DNA of 64,000 nucleotides from Octopus sinensis (Eukaryota), in the NCBI RefSeq assembly GCF_006345805.1, contig NW_021833924.1, positions 1-64,000 on the forward strand, given 5' to 3'. The notes beneath the pieces were generated by a model. That model was not told the origin of the DNA. It made no database searches and saw only the letters and a list, made by a program, of their open reading frames with translations. Below are positions 63,709 to 64,000 of this stretch, piece after piece; within the stretch, counting starts at the first letter, position 1, and every line of letters begins with the position of its first letter. The position numbers and the translations under genes were made by a program.

Positions 63709-63913
63709 AATACAGTGTACATTTAAACACATCAAGAGGTATCCATCATAGGACTCCTTTACGCTAGAAAGAACAGCTAAAGTTCAAACCACTAATTAGG
63801 GATAAAATCTCGAAGGGAATGAAAAATATAAACAATGTTTGAACTTTAGCAGTTCTTTCTAGCGTAAGGGAGTCCTATGATGGATACCTCTTGATGTGTT
63901 TAAATGTACACTG

Positions 63914-63917
<4 letters not shown>
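63709..63917. repeat. Duplicate of the 60301-60509 fold-back (part of a local duplication, offset ~3408 bp)
   Basis: ~63490-64000 is near-identical to ~60090-60600. Confidence 0.9.
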
Positions 63918-63951
<34 letters not shown>

Positions 63952-64000
63952 TCTTATTGTTTTACTTGTTTCGGTCATTTGACTGTGACTTATTCTTTGT

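Overview
Eukaryotic, AT-rich window saturated with microsatellites and retroposons. The repeat content looks like a coleoid cephalopod (Octopus-like) genome; that is my inference, not a database result. The only host coding sequence I can support is one 116-nt exon on + (41273-41388, [23 protein letters not shown]...), the first coding exon of an ANKS1A/B-like (Odin/AIDA-1) gene. It has a splice acceptor upstream and a phase-2 donor, so most of the window is probably intron or upstream sequence of this gene. The rest comprises: five tRNA-derived or related SINE families (my labels S1-S5); RTE and CR1-type LINE 3' fragments; a piggyBac-type MITE amplified into a ~3.9-kb array; an 8-bp-TSD MITE; a non-autonomous Helitron; a tRNA-Leu(CAA) pseudogene; and 62-bp and 70-bp minisatellites grown from the same seed motif, the 70-bp one with a 30-monomer higher-order repeat. 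The most striking signal is a set of type I hammerhead ribozyme (HHR) motifs at five loci (24.8, 28.0, 30.6, 51.4 and 59.5 kb), several inside or beside fold-back palindromes typical of Penelope-like element ends. They include long-stem-II variants and a U3-core variant inside a ~130-nt rod. Four of the five well-formed motifs are antisense to the ANKS1-like exon. All folds were read by eye and none was computed; boundaries of degenerate repeats are approximate. The long ORFs in the supplied track are microsatellite, SINE or LINE by-products.
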